Positions 10,691 through 21,267 of a DNA stretch of 64,000 nucleotides are shown piece after piece (the first letter of the stretch is position 1; each line of letters opens with the position of its first letter). The notes beneath the pieces were generated by a model. It saw only the letters and a list, made by a program, of their open reading frames with translations, had not been told where the DNA came from and did not search any database. This DNA comes from an uncultured Chloroflexia bacterium. GTDB lineage: Bacteria; Chloroflexota; Dehalococcoidia; DSTF01; JALHUB01. The stretch is taken from the NCBI GenBank assembly GCA_963726245.1, contig CAVSBT010000027.1, positions 32,001-96,000 on the forward strand, written 5' to 3'. The position numbers and the translations under genes were made by a program.

Positions 10691-11146
10691 ATGCAAGACC
10701 TTGAACCCATCATCGCTGAGCATCGCTTCCTGAAGGGACTGGCTCCTCCCTACCTCAAGGAGCTGGTCGGCTGCGCTTCGAACGTGCGCTTCCAAGCAGG
10801 AGAGTACATCTTCCGGCAGGGCGAAGAGGCCAGCACCTTCTACGCCGTCCGGCAGGGCGCGGTGGCCCTGGAGATCTTCGTGCCGGAGAAGGGTGGCGTC
10901 GTCATCCAGAACGTCGGCGAGGGCGACGTCCTCGGCTGGTCGTGGTTGATTCCGCCTCACCGCTGGCGGTTTGACGCCCGCGCCGTGGAGGAAACGCGCG
11001 CGATCGCCTTCGACGGCACCTGTCTGCGAGGGAAGTGCGAAGAGGATCACAACTTCGGCTACGAGCTCCTCAAGCGCTTCTCCGAAGTTATCACGCAGCG
11101 CCTTGAGGCGACCAGGATGCAGCTTGTGGATGTCTACCATGGTTAG
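10691..11146 (+). CDS. Cyclic nucleotide-binding domain protein within hydrogenase operon
   Basis: [11 protein letters not shown]...WRFDARA cNMP-fold signature; RBS GGGAGG. Confidence 0.88.
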   Translation: MQDLEPIIAEHRFLKGLAPPYLKELVGCASNVRFQAGEYIFRQGEEASTFYAVRQGAVALEIFVPEKGGVVIQNVGEGDVLGWSWLIPPHRWRFDARAVEETRAIAFDGTCLRGKCEEDHNFGYELLKRFSEVITQRLEATRMQLVDVYHG

Positions 11147-11996
11147 GCAAGCGCAACAGGCGGTAGCGCCTGCCGTCGACCCGATGCGCCCTCAGCCGTA
11201 TCGCCTCCAGCGGGTGCGGCACGAGACCTACGACACCTTCACCCTCGAACTCGAGGGGGCGAACGGCCGCCCCCACTCCTTTGCTCCCGGACAGTTCAAC
11301 ATGGTCTACCTCCTCGGCGTAGGCGAGGTGCCGATCTCCATCAGCGGCGACCCTGCCCGGCCGGGCTCGCTCGTACACACGATCCGCGCGGTAGGCACGG
11401 TGACCAAGCCGATGGTCAGGCTGAAGCGCGGCGATATGCTGGGAGTGCGCGGCCCCTTCGGGAGCTCCTGGCCCGTCGAAGAGGCGAAAGGCCGTGACGC
11501 CGTTATCCTGGCCGGCGGAATCGGCCTGGCGCCCCTTCGCCCCGCCCTGTACCATCTCCTCGCTCACCGCGACGACTACCGCCGCGTCGTTCTCCTCTAC
11601 GGGGCCCGGACGCCGGAGGACCTCCTCTACACAGACGAACTGGAGGAGTGGCGCAGCCGCTTCGACGTGGAGGTAGGAGTCACCGTGGACGCGGCGTCAG
11701 GGAACTGGAAGGGAAACGTCGGCGTCGTGACCACGCTCATACCGTGGGCGCGCTTCGAACCCTCGGAGGCGGTCGCGATGGTCTGCGGCCCCGAGGTGAT
11801 GATGCGGTTCACGGTCCAGGCGCTCCAAGAGAAGGGGATGACGGCGGACAACATATTCGTCTCGATGGAACGGAACATGAAATGCGGCGTCGGCTTCTGT
11901 GGGCACTGCCAGTGGGGCCCCACCTTCATCTGCAAGGACGGGCCGGTCTTCCGCTGCGACCGCATGGAGCTGTTTCTCTGGAAGCGAGAGATCTGA
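11139..11996 (+). CDS. Hydrogenase gamma subunit (FAD/NAD(P)-binding, 2Fe-2S)
   Basis: [30 protein letters not shown]...CKDGP. Confidence 0.92.
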   Translation: MVRQAQQAVAPAVDPMRPQPYRLQRVRHETYDTFTLELEGANGRPHSFAPGQFNMVYLLGVGEVPISISGDPARPGSLVHTIRAVGTVTKPMVRLKRGDMLGVRGPFGSSWPVEEAKGRDAVILAGGIGLAPLRPALYHLLAHRDDYRRVVLLYGARTPEDLLYTDELEEWRSRFDVEVGVTVDAASGNWKGNVGVVTTLIPWARFEPSEAVAMVCGPEVMMRFTVQALQEKGMTADNIFVSMERNMKCGVGFCGHCQWGPTFICKDGPVFRCDRMELFLWKREI

Positions 11997-11997
11997 G

Positions 11998-12766
11998 ATG
12001 GCAAGCACGACAAAGCCCAAGATAGGTGTCTGGAAGTTCGCCTCCTGCGACGGCTGCCAGCTCAGCCTCCTCGACTGCGAGGACGAGCTGCTGGCCGTCG
12101 TCGGCGAGGTCGAGATCGCCTACTTCCTGGAGGCATCGCGGGCCGTGGTCAAAGGCCCCTACGACGTGAGCTTTGTGGAGGGCTCCGTCACGACCGCCCA
12201 CGACGCCGAAAGGATCCAGCAGGCGCGCAAGGCCTCGAAGTTGCTGGTGACGATCGGCGCCTGCGCCACCGCCGGCGGCATTCAGGCGCTGCGCAACTTC
12301 ACTGACGTCAAGGAGTACACCAACATCGTGTACGCCAACCCGCAGTACATCAGCACGCTGGAGAAGTCGACTCCCATCTCGGACCATGTGCAGGTGGACT
12401 TCGAGCTCCGCGGCTGCCCGATCAACAAGTACCAACTCCTTGAAGTCGTCAGCGCCGTCCTCAACGGACGGAAGCCCAACGTGCCCCACCACAGCGTCTG
12501 CATCGAGTGCAAGCGCCGGGGCACGGTCTGCGTCATGGTGGCTCACGGGACGCCCTGTCTTGGCCCCGTGACCCACGCCGGCTGCGGCGCCATCTGCCCG
12601 GCCTATCAACGCGGCTGCTACGGATGCTACGGCCCTATGGAGACTCCGAACACGGCCTCCCTCAGCGCCCAATGGAGCCGACTGGGGGTCTCGGAGGCTG
12701 GCCTCGTGCGCGCCTACCGTACCTTCAACACCTACTCCGAAGCATTCCGCGAGGAGAGCCTAGCTC

Positions 12767-12777
<11 letters not shown>
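11998..12777 (+). CDS. [NiFe]-hydrogenase small (delta) subunit
   Basis: [23 protein letters not shown]...GCYGC. Confidence 0.92.
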
Positions 12778-14049
<1,272 letters not shown>

Positions 14050-14057
<8 letters not shown>

Positions 14058-14607
14058 TGGGGAGGGTGTAGACGACCGAACCTCCGCGAGAAGCGCCAAG
14101 GCCCGCGTGGTCGTCATCGGCATAGGCAACCTCTACCGCCGGGACGACGCCGCGGGCCTTGTGGTTGCCCAGCGCCTGCGACAGCAGGCACCCGCCGGCG
14201 TGACGGTCATAGAGCACGAGGGCGAGCCTACCGCCCTGCTCGAGGCCTGGAAGGACGCCGGCGCCGTCTTTCTGATCGACGCCGTCTTCTCCGGCGCCGA
14301 GCCGGGGACGATCCACCGGCTCGACGCGCAGGCAGAAGCCATCCCTCAGGAGCTCTTCCGCTTTTCCACGCACGCCATGAGCGTGGCCGAGGCCATCGAG
14401 CTGGCGCGCACCCTGGGCCTGCTGCCACCGAAGCTGGTCGTGTACGGCATCGAGGGGAAGGACTTCGGGACCGGCGCCGGCCTCTCGCCCGAGGTGGAGA
14501 GCGGGGTTCCCGAGCTGGTCGAGCGGGTGCTCCAAGAGCTGCGGGAGGCGAGACCGGGGCGGAGGCCTTATAGCCATCAACAGAATGACTTTGCATCCCG
14601 CCCGTAG
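14050..14607 (+). CDS. Hydrogenase maturation protease
   Basis: [21 protein letters not shown] motifs; follows the large subunit. Confidence 0.9.
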
Positions 14608-14662
14608 GGGCGCAGCATGCTGCGCCCCTACCTATCCGTGGAGGGCTGAAGCCCTCCGCTAC
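14604..14662. repeat. Two GTAG-type REP palindromes between convergent genes
   Basis: Perfect palindrome GTAGGGGCGCAGCATGCTGCGCCCCTAC (14604-14631) and inverted GTAGCGGAGGGCTTCAGCCCTCC (14640-14662). Confidence 0.75.
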
Positions 14663-14664
14663 AT

Positions 14665-15475
14665 CTAGCGCGGGCTGTCCGAGAAGTCGATGAAGGCGAC
14701 GGGCACGCCACAGGTCGCGCTGGGGTGCACGCTGCAGATGCGGCCGCCCTGGAGCGCCGGGTGCGGCTCCCCCGCCGGCAGCCCTCTCGCCCTCAGCGAG
14801 GCCGCCAGCTCATCGATTCCCTTCACCTCGAAAGCCAGGCCCGCGACCCGGCCCGTGCCCGGCTCGCCGCGCTCCAACGGCCCGATGAGCTCCAGGATGA
14901 CGTCGCCCGGCCGCAGGAAGGCGAAGCGCCGCGACCCCCGCTCCATGGTGCGCTTGGTGGCGACGCCGAAGTACTCCTGGAAGCGCCGGCAGGCGGCCTC
15001 CACGTCCGGCAGGTGCAGCACGACGTGGTCGATGCGCTTGATGGGCCCCATCGGCGGCGGGTCCGCCGTCCGGCGCCAGCGGCTGCACCACCTGGAACAG
15101 CGCCCCGTCCAGCGCCTCCGGGGCCAGTCGACAGACGCGGCCGGTGAACCCCGTCAGCGGCTCCGGGTCGAGAAGAGGCACCCCCATCGCACGCAAAGCG
15201 GCCGCCTGCGAGTCCACGTCATCGCTCCAGAGCGCAACGTGGTGCAGACCCTCGCCGCGCTCAGCGATGTGGCGGGCTAAGGGCGACTCCTCCTCGCTGG
15301 GCTCGACCAGCTCCAGGTAGCTTCCGCCGACGGCCAGCAGTGCCGACCGCGCGCGCAGGCCCGGAACAGCCCCCTCCTTCACCAGGGGAAGCCCGAGGGC
15401 ATCGCGGTAGAAGGCGCAGGCGGCCTCCAGGCTGCGCACCGCCACACCCACGTGGTGCACGTCCAGGATCATCAC
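14665..15475 (-). CDS. Two-domain VOC/glyoxalase (methylmalonyl-CoA epimerase-like) protein (frameshift near 15055)
   Basis: HHVGVAV...ELVEP...GEGLHHVA domain plus a second RIDHVV...ELIG domain. Confidence 0.8.
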
Positions 15476-15479
15476 GGCC

Positions 15480-17817
15480 TCACGGAGCCAGCACGACGCC
15501 CTTCGCGATCAGCTCCTCGACGCGCGAAGGCTCGAGGCCGAACTCGAGCAGGAGCTCGCGGCTGTGCTGGCCGAGAACGGGCGCTGCCCTTTCCAGGCGC
15601 ATGCTGCGACGCTGCCACTTGACGATGCGCCCCGTCTGGCGAACCGGCCCATAGACTGGGTGCTCCACCTCCCACCAGAGGATCATTGGCCTTCAGGTGC
15701 TCGTCGTCGAACAGGTCCGCTATCGTAAGGCAGGGGGCGCAGGGCACGCCCTTCTCGACCAGGGCTTGCACCGTCTCCTGCCTCTTTCGCCCGGCGAAGA
15801 ACGCCTCCAGGGCGGAGGCCGCGTCGCCTTGCACCGGCGCCTGGAGCAGAGCGGCGACGCTGCCGGGCGCGAGCGCTCCTTCCGTGGCCTGCACCAGGGC
15901 CGTCGCCTGGCCGGCCGTGCGGACCGCCAGGAAGAGCCAGCCGTCGGCGCACTTGTAGACGCGGTAGAGGGCGGAAAGGCCGAGGAGATTGGGGCCTCCA
16001 GGAGGGTCAGGGGGCCGTCCCCGGTAGCGGATGAACTCGCCTGCCTGGGCGGCCATGGCGTTGTCGGCGAGACAGGACTCGACAAGCTGCCCGCGGCCCG
16101 TGCGCTCGCGGGCGTGGAGGGCGGCGATGACGCCGTAGGCGGCCATGAGAGCTGTGATGAAGTCGCAGGTGGCAATCTGGTAGTAGACAGGCTCCTCGCC
16201 TTCGCCTCCCTGCGCCCTCATAAGACCGGAACGGGCCTGCAGAAGCGGGTCGAAGCCCGGCCATCCCGCCATGGGGCCAGACGGGCCAAAGGGGGTCAGC
16301 GAGCAGCAGATGATGCGTGGGTTTATGGCGCTGAGAGTATCGTAGTCTATCCCGAGGCGCTGAACGACACCGGCCCGAAAGTTGTCGGTGACCACGTCGG
16401 CCTTGCGCACCAAATCGTAGAATGCCTCACGCCCTTCGGGCCGCTTCAGGTCGAGGGCCAGGCTCAGCTTGCCACGGTTCACACCCAGGAAGCCGATGGC
16501 GAACGCCCGCCAGGGGTCGCCGTCCAGGGGCTCGACCTTGATGACGCTGGCGCCCAGGTCCGACAGGAGCATGCCGTTGTAGGGCCCGGCGTAGATCGTC
16601 CCCAGGTCGAGCACCGTGACGCCGTCGAGCGGCGCCCCGCCAGAGCGCCTGCCGCCAGCGGGAGGGAGCGCTGCGGCCGCAGGCGGCCAGGGATGGGAGC
16701 GAAGCTCCTGGTTGTGCTGGCCAAGCGTAGGCGCGGGGCCGCGGATGCCGCCGGGCGTGCCTCGAAGCGAGATGGGCACTCCCATCTGCACCGTAGGGCC
16801 GACCTCCGGGTCGTCGATCTCCACCCGCATGCCGTTCTCGATAATCTGCGGGTCCTGGAGGTACTCGTCGCGGGTCAGGACCGGCCCGACAGGGACGTCG
16901 GCCTCGCGCAGGAAGTCCAGCCAGTGCTGGCGAGGCTCCGTAGCGAACGTCGCGGCCAGGCGGTCCGACAGCTCCTGCCGGTCCTGCGGCTCGGGAATGG
17001 CGATGGGCGCGCCCTGGAATCGGGGGTCGACCAGGTATTCGTCCAGGCCCATAGCGAGGGCCAGCTTCGTCCAGAAGACGGGCGTAAGGCAGGCCAGCAT
17101 CAGCCATTCGCCGTCGCGCGCCCGGTACACGCGATAGGTCGGGAAGGGGCCCTTGGGGTCGCCGCGGCCGCCGGCCAGGCGGATCACGTCGAGGGCGCCG
17201 AGGGGGACGAGGTAGGTGCTGGTCTCCAGGGCAAAGGCGCCACCCAGCCCTGAGACCTCGATGTGGTCGCCACGGCCGCTACGGCTGCGGTCGAAGAGAG
17301 TGGCGGCGATGGCGCCGGCCGCCAGGATGCCCGTCGCATAGCCGACGACGGGCACGACAAGGAAGACGGGCGATTCGCTGTACGACCACTGCACGCCGAG
17401 AACGCCGGTGGCTGCGGCGACCAGGGTGTCGTCAGGCTCCAGGCCCGCCCAGGGACCCTTCGAACCGTAGAGGGGGATGGAGCAGTACACGATCTCGGGG
17501 TTGCGCTGCGAGAGGCGGGCGTAGTCGATGCCCAGTTCCCCGGCTTTGCCCTGGAGCTGGTCCACCAGCACCACGTCGGCGGCGGAGGCCAGCTCCTGGG
17601 CCGTGGCGCGGCCCTCCGCACGGGTGAGGTCGAGGACGATGCCCCGCTTGCTGCGATTCAGGACGTGGAATGCGGCGGTGCCACGGGCACGGTCGCCGGC
17701 GAGGGGTTCCACCTTGAGGACATCGGCGCCCTGCTCGGCGAGGAGCAGGCTCGCGTAGGGACCGGCCGTGCCCTGCGTGAAATCGACGATACGGATCCCC
17801 TCGAAGGCGCCGGCCAT
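15480..17817 (-). CDS. Double-domain CaiB/BaiF family III CoA-transferase (frameshift near 15686)
   Basis: Two AGPY...GADV(L/I)KVEP...NR(S/G)K modules, each ending AP(T/V)LGQH. Confidence 0.88.
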
Positions 17818-17829
17818 CTTCGTCCGCTA

Positions 17830-18240
17830 CTAGGCCCCAACCTCGGACGTGCAGAATGCGCAGCGCCGGGCCTCGAGCGGGATTTCGCTGAGGCACTCCG
17901 GGCACTTGCGCGTGGTGGGGTCGGCCGGCGGTTCACGCCGGGCCCGCGAGATGAGGGCGTTTATCGGCGTGACGACGAAGAAGAAGACCGCGGCGGCTAT
18001 CGAGATGAATGTGATGACCTTGTTGACGAAGTCGCCGTACCGGAATGTGCTGCCGTGGATCTTGAAGTCTAAGGCGGAGAAGTCCGCCTGGCCGGCGACG
18101 GCGGCGATGAGGGGCGTGATGAAATCCTGGACCAAGGCCGTGACCACGGCGCCAAAGGCGGCGCCGATTACCACTGCCACCGCCAAGTCTACGACGTTGC
18201 CCCTGAGCAGGAATTGCTTGAAGTCATTGAGCAGCTTCAT
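17830..18240 (-). CDS. mscL: Large-conductance mechanosensitive channel with C-terminal zinc ribbon
   Basis: FKQFLLRGNVVDLAVAVVIGAAF; tail CPEC...CAFC. Confidence 0.95.
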   Translation of the reverse strand: MKLLNDFKQFLLRGNVVDLAVAVVIGAAFGAVVTALVQDFITPLIAAVAGQADFSALDFKIHGSTFRYGDFVNKVITFISIAAAVFFFVVTPINALISRARREPPADPTTRKCPECLSEIPLEARRCAFCTSEVGA

Positions 18241-18334
18241 TGTCCCCTCCTTGCGTTGGTGGCTTGGACCACCCAGTCGCAAGGGGATTCTAAGATGCTC
18301 CTTGATGGTTGGCAACCGGCAGCAGTGGGGTCAG

Positions 18335-18616
18335 CTATTCCCGCCCTGGGAGGGCTCGCTTCGCCTCTTCTTCCATGTTGTCAAGCCGGGTGTAGTAGTC
18401 AGGGAACTCGTTCAGGTGGGCCAGGGCGATCTTGGCGGTGAGGACAGGGTCATCGTGCGTCACATCCGTGCGGGGGTCGCGCTGACCGTGCTCCAGTTCC
18501 ACTTCGAGGCCCATGAGGAACTGCCCGACATCAAACGGGCTCTTGCTCCAATCGATGCCGATCGCTTCGCCCAGGCGTCGAGCTTCCTCGGCTGTGAATC
18601 GCCTCGTGACGCCCAT
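18335..18616 (-). CDS. Conserved small protein (DUF5661-like)
   Basis: GLEVELEHG...TAKIALAHLNEFPDYYTRL pattern; GGAGG RBS. Confidence 0.8.
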   Translation of the reverse strand: MGVTRRFTAEEARRLGEAIGIDWSKSPFDVGQFLMGLEVELEHGQRDPRTDVTHDDPVLTAKIALAHLNEFPDYYTRLDNMEEEAKRALPGRE

Positions 18617-18651
18617 GTTGGCCTCCTGCGGGTGCGGCTGAGCCGCCTTTG

Positions 18652-19500
18652 TCACTTGAGTTGCGTCGGCTCCAGCGACCAGTCGCCTGTCACCTCGTCG
18701 AAGGACCCCCAGACGGCGCTGCCCGCCGGACCCAGCAGGCCGGCCCACGGCTCTCCCGCGTCGGCGCTCACGGTCGCCGAGCCCGGCGTCGTCACCGTCC
18801 GCCGCTCGCCCGAGGCCACGGTGTCAACCTCCAGGATAGTTGGCCCCTGCCCCGGCGGCAACAGTTGAAAGGCAACGGGGCTCTGCCCCCCTGTCGCCGG
18901 CGCAGCGCTGCCTTTGGCGGTGAAGGCGACCTCCATCACGGTTCGTCCCTCGCTGACGACGCGGCCCATCCAGCCACCGCCTTGCTCCTCCAAAGTGATC
19001 TGGTCGGCCACATACTTGGGGAAGCCGATCGAGCGGCCGCCCACGTTGGCCGTTTCATCATCGACGGGCATCGTTAGTACGTGCCAGCCGGTGCGGCCCT
19101 GGTACTTGCACTGGAGCGCCACATAGCCCTCACGGTAGGGCACGAGCGGCAAGGTCACATCGTAGTAGTCAGCGACAATGACTGCGACCAAGGGTTGGTC
19201 GGGCATGTCGAACGATTCGGGGAGAAGCGAGCGGTACAGCGCCAGGTCCGCCGGTGGGAAGGCGGCGGTGATGTCGCGCTGGCCCTGGAAGCTCCACGGG
19301 CGCCGGTCCTGCGGCGTGGGCGCCGGCGTCGCCGGTGGGTCGGCGGTCACGGTCGCCTCCGGAGTGCTTGACTGTCCTTCTCGTCGTCGCCACCGCAGCC
19401 CGCAATGGAGAGGCTGACGAGCAGCAACGAGGGCGATGGCCGCCAGGCAGACCGCCGATCGTCGAGGGATGATGTCGCGGGCGGAATGCCACGGTCGCAT
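18652..19500 (-). CDS. Acetoacetate-decarboxylase-family protein with predicted lipoprotein signal (compensating frameshifts near 19370-19430)
   Basis: PYREG...GRSIGFPK ADC motif; the alternate frame gives LLLVSLSIAG-CGGDDEK. Confidence 0.7.
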   Translation of the reverse strand: MRPWHSARDIIPRRSAVCLAAIALVAARQPLHCGLRWRRREGQSSTPEATVTADPPATPAPTPQDRRPWSFQGQRDITAAFPPADLALYRSLLPESFDMPDQPLVAVIVADYYDVTLPLVPYREGYVALQCKYQGRTGWHVLTMPVDDETANVGGRSIGFPKYVADQITLEEQGGGWMGRVVSEGRTVMEVAFTAKGSAAPATGGQSPVAFQLLPPGQGPTILEVDTVASGERRTVTTPGSATVSADAGEPWAGLLGPAGSAVWGSFDEVTGDWSLEPTQLK

Positions 19501-19559
19501 ACGGCTTCCTCCTGTCGCGGTCCTTTTCAATTGCCGGCGAGGACGGTCGGCGGGAGGCC

Positions 19560-19871
19560 CTACCCTAGACGATGGGCCATGTGATGCCCGACCACGTGGG
19601 CCGGAGCCCCGGAGGGAGCCGTCCCCGGCTGGTATCCCTGCTCTCCCTGGAACTCGGGGGCGGCGATCTTGGCCGGCAACCACTCGACGCGCAGGTTGTC
19701 GAGCCTTTCACCCACGATCTCAATCGACTCCTCGCGCATCTCACCCAGCCCCATCTCGTAGGCCATTCCGAGCTGCTTCACGGCGGCGACGTCGTGGCTT
19801 ATAACGCGGGCCGCAGTCGCGTCGGCGGCTACCAGGTCAGTGCTGGCGAGGAGGAGCCAGGAAGAGAGCAA
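19560..19871 (-). pseudogene. C-terminal fragment of a DUF362-like protein
   Basis: LLASTDLVAADATAARV...GLGE...IEIVGE matches the DUF362 C-terminus; N-terminal part absent. Confidence 0.6.
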
Positions 19872-20053
19872 CGATTGCCTTGGGAAGCCAAGTACTGCCC
19901 GCCTCTCGGCTCGGTCAAGCGGACAAGCGGCCCGTGATTAGGGCATCCCAACCTCATCCCGCCGAAGGCCGGGCCGCCTTCCTCGCGGGAGCGAAGTCTG
20001 GCACACTGGAGTAGAGGGGGCAGCGGCAGACTTCCGAAGCAAAGGAGTGAGCC

Positions 20054-20551
20054 ATGAGCTGGTTGGAGCACGCGCGGTCGCTGATTGCCTACAACGAATG
20101 GGCCAATCAGAAGGTGCTGGAGGCCGCCGCCGCGTTGAGCGAGGAGGAGTTCGGGCGAGAGGTGAGCGGCAGCCATGAGAGCGTGCGCAGGACCCTTGTC
20201 CACATGGTGAGGGTGCAGGCGTGGTGGCTCTCGGTGCTCAACGGCAAGCCGGAGGCGTCGTCTCCGCCGGATGAGCGCATGCCGTTCGAGGAGGTCAGGC
20301 AGTGGTTCGCGCGGTCCCACGACGACTTGAAGGCGTATGCCGCGGGACTGACCGAGGAGCGGCTGGATGCGGAAGTGTCGGCTTACCATCCGCAGGAACA
20401 GAAGGAGTACCGCTGGCCGTCGTGGGAACTACTTAGCCACCTCGTCAACCACGGTTCGCATCACAGGGCGGAGGCGGGCATCATGCTGGCATCGCTGGGG
20501 CACACGCCGGGCGATCTGGACTTCATATACTACGTGGTGCAACGAGGATAG
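20054..20551 (+). CDS. DinB/YfiT family protein
   Basis: YNEWAN, TLVHM, HLVNHGSHHRAE. Confidence 0.9.
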   Translation: MSWLEHARSLIAYNEWANQKVLEAAAALSEEEFGREVSGSHESVRRTLVHMVRVQAWWLSVLNGKPEASSPPDERMPFEEVRQWFARSHDDLKAYAAGLTEERLDAEVSAYHPQEQKEYRWPSWELLSHLVNHGSHHRAEAGIMLASLGHTPGDLDFIYYVVQRG

Positions 20552-20673
20552 GCGTAAGCGGCCGCTGGTCGACGGGCCTGCGGGCTGCGCGATCAGCGTG
20601 GTTCGCCAACACCCCTGCCAGGAGGTCCAATCCAGGCCAAAGCGTCTGCCCGTCTATGCGCCCCGGCGCTGCG

Positions 20674-21084
20674 CTACTCTGACCGGTGGGTGAACGGCAG
20701 TTCGAGGTACCTGACACTCTCCGGCTCTATCACGAGGGCTATGCGGCCCGGCCCGCGAATTGGGAACGGCTCCCCTGTGTACTTGCGGGATATGACGTCC
20801 ATTACCCGACAGTCCTCATCTGGCCGCTGTTCAACAACCCGCCCTCGAATCATCGCCGTTCGGTATGGGTTCACACGGTCCGTTATCGACAGAGCAACGC
20901 GCGGATCGCGCCGGCTGTTTCTGGCCTTTGCGGTACCATGACCGGTCCCCACGAGTATCCTGTCCCCTTCCAGGCCGACCCACACGGCGACACTTTGGGG
21001 AGCGCCGTCTTTCATCACCGTCGCGAGGTGCGCATAGTTCGGAGCTTCTAGCAGAGCGCGAGCTTCCTTCGGTAGTTCGACCAA
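20674..21084 (-). CDS. PPOX-class F420-dependent oxidoreductase
   Basis: AHLATVMKDGAPQ...W, KARNSRRDPRVAL. Confidence 0.88.
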   Translation of the reverse strand: MVELPKEARALLEAPNYAHLATVMKDGAPQSVAVWVGLEGDRILVGTGHGTAKARNSRRDPRVALSITDRVNPYRTAMIRGRVVEQRPDEDCRVMDVISRKYTGEPFPIRGPGRIALVIEPESVRYLELPFTHRSE

Positions 21085-21234
21085 TTCTCACCTCCTCTTC
21101 CGCGACCACGAGCGCCCCGACCTCCTAACGTGGCCGGCTGCTCCGGCGGAAACGTGGACATCAGGGTAGCAAGGATCGCAGTCGGAGGCCAGCGCGGCCG
21201 CAATCACGGACAGCCGGGCATATGAGACTGAACA

Positions 21235-21262
21235 TAAACCCGCGCTAGTGTCGGGCCGATCA
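21235..21262 (+). promoter_or_regulatory. Sigma-28 (FliA/WhiG)-type promoter
   Basis: TAAA-N16-GCCGATCA, 5 nt upstream of ATG 21268. Confidence 0.6.
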
Positions 21263-21267
21263 TCATT

